In this document: positions 1 through 9,273 of the stretch, in pieces | How the letters are laid out: each line of letters opens with the position of its first letter | Position numbering within the stretch: position 1 is the stretch's first letter | Origin: a virus | Lineage: Duplodnaviria; Caudoviricetes | Virus record (IMG/VR): IMGVR_UViG_3300018063_000014 | Coordinates: 1-57,698 of that record | DNA: 57,698 nucleotides | Strand: one strand, 5' to 3' | Made by a program: the position numbers and the translations under genes | Notes under the pieces: generated by a model | Told to the model about the DNA's origin: nothing | The model's input: the letters and a program-made list of their open reading frames with translations, nothing else | The model's database searches: none

Positions 1-570
1 AATTTCGCCGTTAGGCTCACCGCTGTTATAAAAAACATAAGCCCCTTGATGCCCTGCTCCTTTAAACGGCCCGGTCCACCATCCTGTACCGATTGCTACT
101 TGCTGGAAACCGCCGCTACCGTTCTGGAAACAAGTTGACCAAGTTCCGCCAATAGGCAAACAGGAAATAAGCCATGTACCACCGAGGGCGTATCGGCGAA
201 CGTATAGAGTCCCGGTGACTGGATTGACCGTATTATGATCATCGCCATGACTCGGGGTAGTGAACCCGCTTTGAAGCTCTGTCCAAGTATTAGTCGATTC
301 GGTATAGGTGACGTGTGTTGGCCCGGCTGGAACCTGATTATGGTCTTGCCCTGTAAAGTGAAAAATGCCCCGGTTATAATCCCAAGCTCCAGACATAGAA
401 AATGGAAGACGGTTCCCGGTTGATGGTCCAACGGCGAGTACGGGGCCAATGTTGGTTGTCGTAAACGATGCCCATGTACCGACACTCATCACTGTTGCAG
501 TCGTCTCAAGAACAGAGGCTCCCAAAACTACTGAAGGACATAAAAGCAGCAAGATCAACCAAGCAATCAT
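1..570 (-). CDS. Partial secreted tail-region protein (3' end outside window), possibly beta-propeller-like
   Basis: Translated by hand: ATG at 570 overlaps the upstream stop (ATGA); open for 190 codons to the edge; starts MIAWLILLLLCPSVVLGAS (signal-peptide-like). Not in the ORF track. Confidence 0.75.
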   Translation of the reverse strand, partial: MIAWLILLLLCPSVVLGASVLETTATVMSVGTWASFTTTNIGPVLAVGPSTGNRLPFSMSGAWDYNRGIFHFTGQDHNQVPAGPTHVTYTESTNTWTELQSGFTTPSHGDDHNTVNPVTGTLYVRRYALGGTWLISCLPIGGTWSTCFQNGSGGFQQVAIGTGWWTGPFKGAGHQGAYVFYNSGEPNGEI

Positions 571-884
571 CGAAACTCATCCCCTACCGGAAGCCCTAGC
601 GCCCGCTGGCATATTGGGCTGGTGTAGCCCGAACATGTCCCGGAATTGCAAGCCCTGATACGATAACAATACTGCTGTCCGGCGGTAAGATTGGTGTCCG
701 TGTAACTCGTCACGTTCGCCGCAGTCTGGACTATTTCAGCAAAGCTACCACCAGGATCGGCTCCGCGCTCGATACGAAAATCGGTCTCATCGCTGGAATT
801 GTCAGCCCAAGTCAAATGCAAGACGGCGGCGGAGCAGATGCCGGGAATAAGAAGAAATCCAAGTATGAGAAAGAATCGTTTCAT
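567..884 (-). CDS. Signal-peptide fibronectin type III domain protein
   Basis: MKRFFLILGFLLIPGICSA then LTWADNSSDETDFRIER...YTDTNL...YCYRIRACN (FN3 W/Y pattern); start reassigned to 884 by ATGA overlap. Confidence 0.8.
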   Translation of the reverse strand: MKRFFLILGFLLIPGICSAAVLHLTWADNSSDETDFRIERGADPGGSFAEIVQTAANVTSYTDTNLTAGQQYCYRIRACNSGTCSGYTSPICQRALGLPVGDEFR

Positions 885-1063
885 TGCGCAGGCTCGCATG
901 AAACAAACTCGCCCCGCTCGAAAATCTCGTTGTGCCAGATTACTCCGCATTGAAGGATAGCCGACTCGCGCGATACCGCTGGCACTAGGTAGCGCGTTTC
1001 TTTGCCCTTCCACCTGATGGTTATGGTCCAGTTGGCCCTTGGGGGAGTTTCGATCTCGCTCAT
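881..1063 (-). CDS. Hypothetical protein
   Basis: 60 aa, ATGA-coupled to both neighbours. Confidence 0.6.
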   Translation of the reverse strand: MSEIETPPRANWTITIRWKGKETRYLVPAVSRESAILQCGVIWHNEIFERGEFVSCEPAQ

Positions 1064-1332
1064 CTCAACACCGTCCTGACCGCAGTATGAAACTGCATCG
1101 ATCGCTCGTACTCGTCCAGCTTTCTCTCAAACGGCTCGCAGACTCCCGCGTCTACGCAGCGCGCGCAGATATGCCTCATACACATGCGGCAAAAGCCGCC
1201 CAAATTCTCAGCATCGGCGCGCTTCTCGATGTGCATGATAAACTGACAATGCGCGCAGGTCAGCGTATCATATTCTTTCGTCGGCGCTTCGGGATCGACG
1301 ATGAAAGCGTAACCGTCAATGCGCATCGACAC
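1060..1332 (-). CDS. Small Cys-rich, probable Zn-binding protein
   Basis: CAHC, CRMC, CARC motifs; operon-coupled. Confidence 0.65.
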   Translation of the reverse strand: MSMRIDGYAFIVDPEAPTKEYDTLTCAHCQFIMHIEKRADAENLGGFCRMCMRHICARCVDAGVCEPFERKLDEYERSMQFHTAVRTVLR

Positions 1333-1335
1333 CCT

Positions 1336-1785
1336 CTACATCTCGTCAACGTGGACCGTTGAAGTAACAATAACCGCCGTTGATGTCGGGGTTCTGATCG
1401 CCACGCCGTTGCTCGCCGTCGCCGGAGTAACGATTTCCCCGCCTGGCGCCGCTACCCAGCGGTACGAGGCACGTTGATTTAGGGGGATCGTCGCCAGCAT
1501 TGCCGCTGCTGTCAGAGTAGGATCGACGGTATGATTTTCCGCCGCGTCCAATTCGGTCGCCGCATCGGCAGGATCAAGCGGTTGCGGAGTAACGCCGGTT
1601 GCCGTTCCCGCCGTGGTGCAGCGTTGAATTTGCCACAGAAAGACGTTATCGGCGGGCGTTGCCTCGGAGCCGAACAGCCAGTCATAGAGCTTGACCCGTC
1701 TCGGACGAGTCGCATCGGCACTAAAATTTCCCACAGACAATGTGGTTGATGCCGTCCGTTGCATCCTGATCGCGTTCTTAGCCAT
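1336..1785 (-). CDS. Probable virion/tail protein
   Basis: 149 aa, Ala/Thr-rich beta-type sequence, AAGGAG RBS, tail region. Confidence 0.65.
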   Translation of the reverse strand: MAKNAIRMQRTASTTLSVGNFSADATRPRRVKLYDWLFGSEATPADNVFLWQIQRCTTAGTATGVTPQPLDPADAATELDAAENHTVDPTLTAAAMLATIPLNQRASYRWVAAPGGEIVTPATASNGVAIRTPTSTAVIVTSTVHVDEM

Positions 1786-1786
1786 C

Positions 1787-2020
1787 TTAGTTCTCCTTTA
1801 TTGGATTGGGACGATTGAGCTTTTGTGCAACATGAGTAGCCGCCCCAAACTTAGGCCACTCACGACGCAACTTTGGTAAACATCGGGTATGATAAGGCGG
1901 GGTCAAAGATTCCTCTCCATACGCCTCGCCGCACCCATCACACGTTTTGCTCGGCACTTGGACCGCACCATAAAGGTACAGATCGCAACGCCGCTTGATT
2001 GCAAAAACAATTCGTCTCAT
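1787..2020 (-). CDS. Hypothetical protein
   Basis: 77 aa, GGGAGG RBS, CDGC motif. Confidence 0.55.
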   Translation of the reverse strand: MRRIVFAIKRRCDLYLYGAVQVPSKTCDGCGEAYGEESLTPPYHTRCLPKLRREWPKFGAATHVAQKLNRPNPIKEN

Positions 2021-2037
2021 AAATCCTCCCTTTTTAG

Positions 2038-4581
2038 TTATTTCCCCGCTCCGGTCAGCAACACGCTCGCACCGTCGGGACGAGTTACTACAGGCGGGGT
2101 TGTTCCAGCATTTAACTCAAACATTACGCCCTTGCCGGTGTCGTCGGTCCCGCCAACCACGTCGAAGGTTTTCGATGTAACGGTAACGGGACTCGCTCCA
2201 TTTATTGCATGATTCCAAACCAGGCCAACAGTGCCAGCGCCCGCATCGTGATCCGGCTCTCCAATTTCAATCCAGGTCAACGAGTCGCCTGTCAGCGTAG
2301 TAACTGAAGTCCAAGCACGGCGCTTCATCCCAACTACAAGGACAACGTTGTTCGCTGCAAGGGACAATCCGGTAATTGGTCCAATGTCGTTGCCAGTAAT
2401 ATTGAGGCTTGGCGTTGTAACCTCTGATATAGGCGTTGTCCCGCTTACACCGCGATAGGCTGCAAGCTGCGTGACGATCTCACCGTTGTTAGAGCCTATG
2501 GTCCAGGTCGGTGCTACGCTACATGACGGATAGAAGCAATACCATAACCCGAGCATCCGGCCAGTATCCTGAGTCGGGGTGAGTATCGCTGTCCAGCCCG
2601 CACTGATTGAAGCCGTGAAATTGGTATCACGACCCGCCAGCCCGGCAATAATAATGTCGTCCGTTGCGAGCCCTGCTGGCAATCCGGGCGCAGGGCTAGA
2701 ATTGTCTACAATGTTTCCCGCCGTTCCCGCCGCGACAAAAGTGATCGCGCCACCAGTGCCAACTTGAACAGAGCAAGTTTGGTCCGTGATGGACAACATT
2801 TTTTGTTTAAAACTGAATGCACTAGGCGCATTGTCCGTCAATGAGCCTGTTGCTGAATTGTAGGAGTCGAGACAAGCGTTTCCAGCGGCAAAAGCATTAG
2901 TCAGGTTGATTGTAAGAATGCCGCCGCCTTCTGTTACCGACGTTACAGGATTATCGACGCCAGCCTTTTTGACTGACCAACCCGTAGTAAAATTGCTAGC
3001 GAGTAGGCCAGGGTAGCGATTGTTCTCGGGAGTGCAAATCAGTTGAAGTGCGGAAACGATTCCGACGACGCAGTTATTTGCTGGAACTATCGACGCCTCG
3101 TAAGCCCCAATCGCACAAGCCGGAGCGTTGCAGCCTACACCGGAAACCGCTGTGCCGCTATTTTCAAACGTAGAAACCGTGTGAGTTAAGTCGCCCGTTG
3201 ATGGAGAAGTCAAAAGCGGATCGGTGTTTAGGGTGCTACCAAAAAGCCCCGAGACCGATTGGCAAGACGCAAGAGTCCGGTTAGTAGTATCACCCCAACG
3301 ACAAACATCAGTCGAACCCTGCTCTAAAAGATTGTTGTGGCTAATGACATGAGCGCCTTGAGTAATGAAAGTCGCGGTCCCCTCAAACGGGACAATGCCA
3401 CCGCTCTCAGTGTGACAAATATTGTTCTGAAAAACAGCGCGAGGTCCGCGAAAAGCATGAAAACATCGCTCTTTTACTCGAACAATGGTGTTGTTAAAAA
3501 ACTTTGGATCGTTGGGATCGCCGGTGCTTGGGGAGCCTAATCGAATGCCCTTTCGCCCAACGTCATAGACGAGATTATTTCTTACAGTCCAATTATGACA
3601 CTGACTCTCAATAAATATTCCGGCTGAATCTGAGTTGACTGTTGCAAAAGTTGGATAATCAATATTGTGAACACGGTTGTTCTCTATGATGCCGTTCTCG
3701 GCTCCGGTGTCACAATATAAACCAACAAATAGATCGTCATCTGTGCCAACAAGACTATCGTTGTCGCACGCTACGCCGTTGATACCGGAACCGTTTACTT
3801 CGTTATTGCGGATAATCGTTCCGCTGCTGTCCTGCGCATCTTTGATAACCTGTATGCCGCGTCTTCCGTCGCTGAAAAGCCCACACCGCATAGAGGAAAT
3901 GGTGTTATTTTCGATCAGTACGTTTAACCCTTCGGAAATCCGGATTATACTATGGGAATTGTTGGTAAAAGCGTTGCTAGAGATTGTCGTTGTAATCGTT
4001 TTGGTTGCCGTTCCGCCGCTTGTGACCCCATTAGTCCGAATTACATTGGTTCCACTAGTATTACTTCCGGTTCCCCCCCAATCGTCGAAACTGTTTCCGG
4101 TGATGGTAATGCCGATCATATTGGCCGTCACCGCCGAGAGTAGAATCGCGGCATCGCTCGTCTGTACTCCGGTTCCATCAAATAGAAGATTGCTTATCGT
4201 GACATGCGAGGCGTCGGTTATTTCAATCGAAGCCGTGCTGTTGGACGAAGCCCCGGAGTTGCGCAGTATTGGAGTCTCGCCGGTGAAGGGCCTAATGGTG
4301 ATGGGACTGCCAACCGATCCGCTTACCGTCAGATTTGAGACTGCGGTGTAAGTGCCGGCGCGGATGATGATTTCATCGTCGGCCCCAAGTGTGGCGTCGT
4401 CAAAAGCACCTTGGATGGTCTGATAAGCATCGCCATCGCTGCCGGTGCAGTTTCGGTTGGTGATAGAGTAATTCCCGGTTGTGCAGTTTGCTCCAAGGGT
4501 TCCGTCAACATGGATATCCTCGGCCCTAACTTGAAAGGCGAGCAAGAGAACAAAAAGAAGTGAGAGTAAGAGGCGGTTCAT
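2038..4581 (-). CDS. Signal-peptide parallel beta-helix (pectate-lyase-like) tailspike/depolymerase candidate
   Basis: MNRLLLSLLFVLLLAFQVRA; YQTIQGAFD...IIIRAGTY...GSVGSPITIRPF start motif; many I-x-N-N beta-helix rungs; C-terminal beta domains. Confidence 0.8.
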   Translation of the reverse strand: MNRLLLSLLFVLLLAFQVRAEDIHVDGTLGANCTTGNYSITNRNCTGSDGDAYQTIQGAFDDATLGADDEIIIRAGTYTAVSNLTVSGSVGSPITIRPFTGETPILRNSGASSNSTASIEITDASHVTISNLLFDGTGVQTSDAAILLSAVTANMIGITITGNSFDDWGGTGSNTSGTNVIRTNGVTSGGTATKTITTTISSNAFTNNSHSIIRISEGLNVLIENNTISSMRCGLFSDGRRGIQVIKDAQDSSGTIIRNNEVNGSGINGVACDNDSLVGTDDDLFVGLYCDTGAENGIIENNRVHNIDYPTFATVNSDSAGIFIESQCHNWTVRNNLVYDVGRKGIRLGSPSTGDPNDPKFFNNTIVRVKERCFHAFRGPRAVFQNNICHTESGGIVPFEGTATFITQGAHVISHNNLLEQGSTDVCRWGDTTNRTLASCQSVSGLFGSTLNTDPLLTSPSTGDLTHTVSTFENSGTAVSGVGCNAPACAIGAYEASIVPANNCVVGIVSALQLICTPENNRYPGLLASNFTTGWSVKKAGVDNPVTSVTEGGGILTINLTNAFAAGNACLDSYNSATGSLTDNAPSAFSFKQKMLSITDQTCSVQVGTGGAITFVAAGTAGNIVDNSSPAPGLPAGLATDDIIIAGLAGRDTNFTASISAGWTAILTPTQDTGRMLGLWYCFYPSCSVAPTWTIGSNNGEIVTQLAAYRGVSGTTPISEVTTPSLNITGNDIGPITGLSLAANNVVLVVGMKRRAWTSVTTLTGDSLTWIEIGEPDHDAGAGTVGLVWNHAINGASPVTVTSKTFDVVGGTDDTGKGVMFELNAGTTPPVVTRPDGASVLLTGAGK

Positions 4582-5129
4582 GGCTCTTGCCTATAAATAA
4601 ACTCACCCGTTACAGCTATGGCTTGAGCAAGATTCATGCAAAATGAATCGCCGAGCGAGGTTTTCATCCCGGCAGGAAGAATATGGCCGACTTGAGCAAT
4701 CAGCGGCACGGCCTCCGATATGTTGGCGTCGGTCCCCGCGCAGGTTGCGCCCGATGATTTGACAAACTTCACGCTTACCGTGCCCGCCGCGAGTATGTAG
4801 CCGCCGCAAGACGTGATCTTTTTACCGGCTACTCCGGCAACAATAAGCTGGTCCGCAGCCGTAGCGCCGGTGATGCCAACGCTTGTCGTATATTGCGGAT
4901 CGCAGAATGATTTGACGGCTAGAGCGCAAGCGCCGTTGGGGCAGTCGATCCAATTGGCGCCGTCGTAGACGTACCATTTCTTGTCGAACGTGGTGAAGCC
5001 GGTATCTTGGGTTGATGCAGTCTGGCCAGTTAGATCGCTGAAGAATGTAACCGTGAAGTGGCCCGTCATTGCATAGACCGGCTGGGCGAGCAAGAGAAGC
5101 GCAAGAACTAGAGATTTAATGATCCGCAT
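4578..5129 (-). CDS. Signal-peptide tail-region protein
   Basis: Start reassigned to MRIIKSLVLALLLLAQPVYA (GAGG RBS); Cys pairs; ATGA overlap with the downstream gene. Confidence 0.7.
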   Translation of the reverse strand: MRIIKSLVLALLLLAQPVYAMTGHFTVTFFSDLTGQTASTQDTGFTTFDKKWYVYDGANWIDCPNGACALAVKSFCDPQYTTSVGITGATAADQLIVAGVAGKKITSCGGYILAAGTVSVKFVKSSGATCAGTDANISEAVPLIAQVGHILPAGMKTSLGDSFCMNLAQAIAVTGEFIYRQEP

Positions 5130-5137
5130 TTTGTACC

Positions 5138-5497
5138 TCACAAACTCAATCTTTCGATAACAGGCTGAGATTGCCATTGAAACAGGCGATTCCCGCCGGC
5201 AAGGGCCACGGTCGCCTTTAACCTCACGTAGCGAGAACAAATGGGGTAGAGCGGCGTTGCCCTGGAAGCCACGGCTATATCGACGACCGTGCCGCCAGAG
5301 GTCAATAACCCCGTTTCCCCTGCGGTAAAAGCTACATTCGGCGAACATTCGATATTGATCGTCTCCGTTAGTGTTGCCGGGGTAATAATCGAAGCCATCA
5401 CGGCCCTCGGGTAGCCCAATTCGGACAGATCCAAGATTTCCGAAGTGGTTGCTCCGTTAAGTATCGTCAGAACGGACAGTTTAGGGTTGAGTGCCAT
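5138..5497 (-). CDS. Probable virion protein
   Basis: 119 aa beta-rich, RYVRLK motif common in phage tail-region proteins; AGGA RBS. Confidence 0.65.
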   Translation of the reverse strand: MALNPKLSVLTILNGATTSEILDLSELGYPRAVMASIITPATLTETINIECSPNVAFTAGETGLLTSGGTVVDIAVASRATPLYPICSRYVRLKATVALAGGNRLFQWQSQPVIERLSL

Positions 5498-5547
5498 AAT
5501 ATTCCTATCTCATTAAAACGTAAAGCGTAAAACCACTGGACAAAAAA

Positions 5548-8500
5548 TTACGGGCCTATGGCTTCGGTCGGTAACGGTTGCACTTCCACCGGACGCTGCT
5601 CCGTTGGTTGCCCCTCCGGGAGCCCGGTTTGTGGCTGCTCCGCGCCGAATATCACCCTTTCTATGCCCGGAATGATACCCGGATTAGGCTGTCCGCTCGC
5701 TTCCAGGGCATCGCGCTCGGCTTCTTTGCGTTGAATCTCTGGGTTGACTTTGCGCATCTCATCTTTGGCCGTCTCACGAAACTCGATATAGAGTTGATTT
5801 AGTTCTTTTTGTTTTTCCGGCCTCGGCAGCTTATTGAACTCCGGCTCTGCATCGAGTGCGGCGATAGCTTCGTTCCATGTTCGACTCGTTCCATACTGCC
5901 GTGCATGGTTCTTCGCCAGAAACTCCCAGTCGTAAGCCTCGTCGCCGTTTAGATTCACTCGGGGCTTGCCCTTCATGATTTCAACGGGACTATCCGGGTC
6001 GCTCGTGCCGCCGTAGTGCTTCCAATTATTATGAAGCGTCAATTCGTGCTTCGTCATGAACTCGGCTACCGGGTCTTCGCTTGGCTGATTCTGGCGCATC
6101 GGCGGAGTGAAAAAGCCAATGCCGCGCGCGAGCCAATCAGGAGCGCCAAGATTCTCTTTGACCCATTCGGTTCCAAGGATCGGCGGGATAAAGTGCGGCT
6201 TCCCTGAATAGTTGAGCCGTGGGCGACCGCCAGCGCCGAACGGTGTCCCTGCGAAGAAATATGTTTTCAAATCTTCTAGTTCGCCGTATGAGCGCGTGTC
6301 GGGTGCTTTCGGGTCCATCATTTCACCGACGCGGCGACCGATTGGCGAGCCTCCGATTGATAGATTCTTCAACGGCAGCATCGCGACCTTTGCGATCGCA
6401 TGGAGGTTGTCCTGAAAATCTCCGATGTTTTTGACATCGCTCACCGCGTTGGTCAGCCCTTCCATGAGGCGCAGCCAATAATTGTTTTCTACGAAGCGGT
6501 ACATACTGAACATCAGCGTTGATGTTGCGCCCTCCAATTTGTCCATGTCCATCTCGCCCGAGACATGCGCAAGGTCGGATATGAAACCAACAATGCTCCC
6601 GACCGGCTCAAACCATCGGATCGGCACGCCATGAATCGCGTAAGGCGTATTCCCCGCCTTTCTCCATGCGTCCTGTGCCTTCGGATCGGTGGGACCGCCG
6701 CCCGTGATGTAGCCCATCTTCGCTGCTTCATATATCTGGCTGGCCATCATCCACGAGAGGGTCATGCGCGAACGCGCCGCCGCTTCTTTTGCGCCGCCCT
6801 CGGCCAAGGCTTCAACGAATTCCTTGCTGATCATGTTAAAGCCCGGCGTCCAATCGCGCGCCATCTTCATAGCGTTGATCGGGAACTTGATGACGGGCAA
6901 ATAATAATCCAACGGACCTTGCCGTATTCCTCGGGCAATCAACTCACCGGCCCTTGATAGCGGGCTTCGAAAGAGAATCTTGTCTGATTCCTGTTCCACG
7001 TCGGCAACGAGCCGCTTATAGTTTTCAGGGTTGTTCATGGCCGAATCGACGTAATCGGCGGTCCATTTCCTTTTTTGCGTGCCTGCTGGCATCGTAAACG
7101 CGCCAGCCCTGACCGCATCCTGCATCTCATCCCACTTGGACAGCACCTCTACGGTCGCTCTGCCTTTGGCGAGCCCGTTATTGACGACGCCAGCCATGAA
7201 CTCGTCTTCGTAGCCAAGCCAGCCCAACGGACCATATTTGACCATCGAGCCGGTTGCCGTGCCCTCGATCCCTGCTTTCTCAAGCGACTTCCCGGCATTT
7301 TCGACTGCGTTTCGATGAATCTCAAAGAGCTTATGCCGCGCTTCGAACATGCCCGACCAATTCGCCGCAGCTTCGCGCATCGTCACACTAGAGCCTGGTA
7401 TCAGCGACGACGCGGTTTTATTGACTCCATTGAGCAGGATCGAGCTGGTATTTCCGACCATGTTGGCAACGTGCGTGCCCGGATTCGCAAAAAGCAAGGA
7501 TTTGTAAAAGAGCCTGAGCGTGCTCGCTTCAGCCGTGGACTTCCCGGCCTCTTCGAGAAGCCTGGCGCGGGAATTCTTGCTAAGATTCGCGACTTTCTGA
7601 ATCGTGTAGGCCATGGCCTCGTTCGAACCGTTCAGGAACTTCTCTGCGCCCAGCGCGCGCGTGATCGTGTCGAACGTCAGGGATTCGCGTACGAGGTCTT
7701 GCATGGTCGTCAGATATTCCAATCCACGTCCGGCTTGCCCGCGACCGCTTAGAAACGCCGGGTTGGTCAATTCCATCGCAGCCAAGTGGGCCTTATAGGA
7801 TTCCACCAAATCGGGACGCGCACCGGAGCGGATATCGCCTAAGTGCTGGGCGGCATCGTCAACGACTGAATTGAAAGCGTCGGCAATCTTTTCATGGACC
7901 CGCCCGATCGCCTCCAGTTCGGTCGCGGAGATCGGCGCATCGGGACCACGCGCGATTATCTCGTCAAACGAAAGAGGCTTGGCCGACGCAGCGGCTTTGG
8001 TCTCGGCATGGGAGACGCCCTTATATTTAAACGGCTCGGTGCTACTTCGAATCGTCTTCTCGGACCGTTCGGTGTAGTGCTTAATAAGCTGCGTCACTGT
8101 CATCGCTTCCAGGTCTTGCGGGGTTGCCATCTGTTCTATTGGCATCGCGGCTTGCGTTGGACCCGTGAGCGGCGCCGGTTCGGCGGTTTTGAAAGCCTGT
8201 TTCCCGCCAGTGACTCCGGGTGCTAAAACATCAGGATTGATGATTCTAATATCGTCTATATTGAGTGGAGCCGTTTTCTTCGCCACCTCTACGGCATCGA
8301 ACCCCTGCGCTCTCGCGTATTCGACAATCCGAAACTCCGGTAATTTCGCTATGTTTGGAGGGATTTGGTCATATTCGAGCATCTTGGTTGACGGCAACAG
8401 ATTAAAGTTCTCTGGCGTTCCGAAGGTTTCAGCATAATCCCGAGACGTAGTGACGGACACGCCCTTATCGGTAACTTTAGCCGGATCGAAGGGTTGACCG

Positions 8501-9273
8501 GCGCGGTCGCCACGGAATACCTGAGTGCCCTTAATGCCTTCCGCCTCTGCCGCTGCGCTCGCTACGCCTTGACCCTTGCGCGTCACATTCTCCGCACTGG
8601 CTTTCGCCAACTTCGTTGCCGTCGCGGCCTCTAGGGCCTGCGATTGCCTGATCGCGTGCCCCACCGGATCTTTGATAAATGCCAACTCGTCGGCGAGTTT
8701 AGCACCGGCCTTTATCCCGGCCTTGGCAGCAACCTCCGCTGCTTTGAATGGAGCCTTGAGAAGCGTGCTGATGCCGAAGAAATTCGTTGGTATCCACATC
8801 GCCCAATTCGCCAACCGCGCAAAACCGGGAGATTCGGGAAATATCTCCAACGCCCACCTTTCGACGACATCACCTGGGATATTAAGAGCATCGAGCGCCT
8901 TCAGTGAGCCCATAAGCCCGTGTAGAACCGCTTCGGATTTCTTAGCGCCACCTTCTGCGTTCGCGGCATCCCAAGACGCCTTGAATTCGTTCATGACGTT
9001 TTGCGCGTAAAATTTTGCCTCGCCAACGATCGGTCCCGTCAAGCCTCCGCCCGATTTTCCTACCTGCGAAGTCTTCGCTTGCGATTCCGCCTGCGCGCCC
9101 AACATCGCCGCTTCCCTCTCGGCGTCTCCGTAGAGAGACAGAACCTCGATTTTCGTAGCGAGCGTAATTTCGCCGGTGCGATATCGCCGGTCAATCTCAC
9201 TCACTGGAACCTGCTTCATCTTTTCCAGCACTCTCTGCAAATCTGCCGGTTTAAATCTGGGAACGTAGGGCAT
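5548..9273 (-). CDS. Large internal virion (DNA ejection) protein with embedded ART-like domain
   Basis: 1241 aa, largely helical, GYITGGGP motif, position equivalent to T7 gp16. Confidence 0.75.
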   Translation of the reverse strand: MPYVPRFKPADLQRVLEKMKQVPVSEIDRRYRTGEITLATKIEVLSLYGDAEREAAMLGAQAESQAKTSQVGKSGGGLTGPIVGEAKFYAQNVMNEFKASWDAANAEGGAKKSEAVLHGLMGSLKALDALNIPGDVVERWALEIFPESPGFARLANWAMWIPTNFFGISTLLKAPFKAAEVAAKAGIKAGAKLADELAFIKDPVGHAIRQSQALEAATATKLAKASAENVTRKGQGVASAAAEAEGIKGTQVFRGDRAGQPFDPAKVTDKGVSVTTSRDYAETFGTPENFNLLPSTKMLEYDQIPPNIAKLPEFRIVEYARAQGFDAVEVAKKTAPLNIDDIRIINPDVLAPGVTGGKQAFKTAEPAPLTGPTQAAMPIEQMATPQDLEAMTVTQLIKHYTERSEKTIRSSTEPFKYKGVSHAETKAAASAKPLSFDEIIARGPDAPISATELEAIGRVHEKIADAFNSVVDDAAQHLGDIRSGARPDLVESYKAHLAAMELTNPAFLSGRGQAGRGLEYLTTMQDLVRESLTFDTITRALGAEKFLNGSNEAMAYTIQKVANLSKNSRARLLEEAGKSTAEASTLRLFYKSLLFANPGTHVANMVGNTSSILLNGVNKTASSLIPGSSVTMREAAANWSGMFEARHKLFEIHRNAVENAGKSLEKAGIEGTATGSMVKYGPLGWLGYEDEFMAGVVNNGLAKGRATVEVLSKWDEMQDAVRAGAFTMPAGTQKRKWTADYVDSAMNNPENYKRLVADVEQESDKILFRSPLSRAGELIARGIRQGPLDYYLPVIKFPINAMKMARDWTPGFNMISKEFVEALAEGGAKEAAARSRMTLSWMMASQIYEAAKMGYITGGGPTDPKAQDAWRKAGNTPYAIHGVPIRWFEPVGSIVGFISDLAHVSGEMDMDKLEGATSTLMFSMYRFVENNYWLRLMEGLTNAVSDVKNIGDFQDNLHAIAKVAMLPLKNLSIGGSPIGRRVGEMMDPKAPDTRSYGELEDLKTYFFAGTPFGAGGRPRLNYSGKPHFIPPILGTEWVKENLGAPDWLARGIGFFTPPMRQNQPSEDPVAEFMTKHELTLHNNWKHYGGTSDPDSPVEIMKGKPRVNLNGDEAYDWEFLAKNHARQYGTSRTWNEAIAALDAEPEFNKLPRPEKQKELNQLYIEFRETAKDEMRKVNPEIQRKEAERDALEASGQPNPGIIPGIERVIFGAEQPQTGLPEGQPTEQRPVEVQPLPTEAIGP

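Noticed and set aside
96-485. 129-aa minus-strand ORF
   Set aside because: Overlaps in another frame the better-supported 1..570 gene.
3677-4351. 224-aa hydrophobic plus-strand ORF
   Set aside because: Antisense to the Asn/Thr-rich beta-helix gene; composition explained by codon complementarity.
7075-7752. 225-aa plus-strand ORF
   Set aside because: Antisense shadow of the internal virion gene, no motifs.
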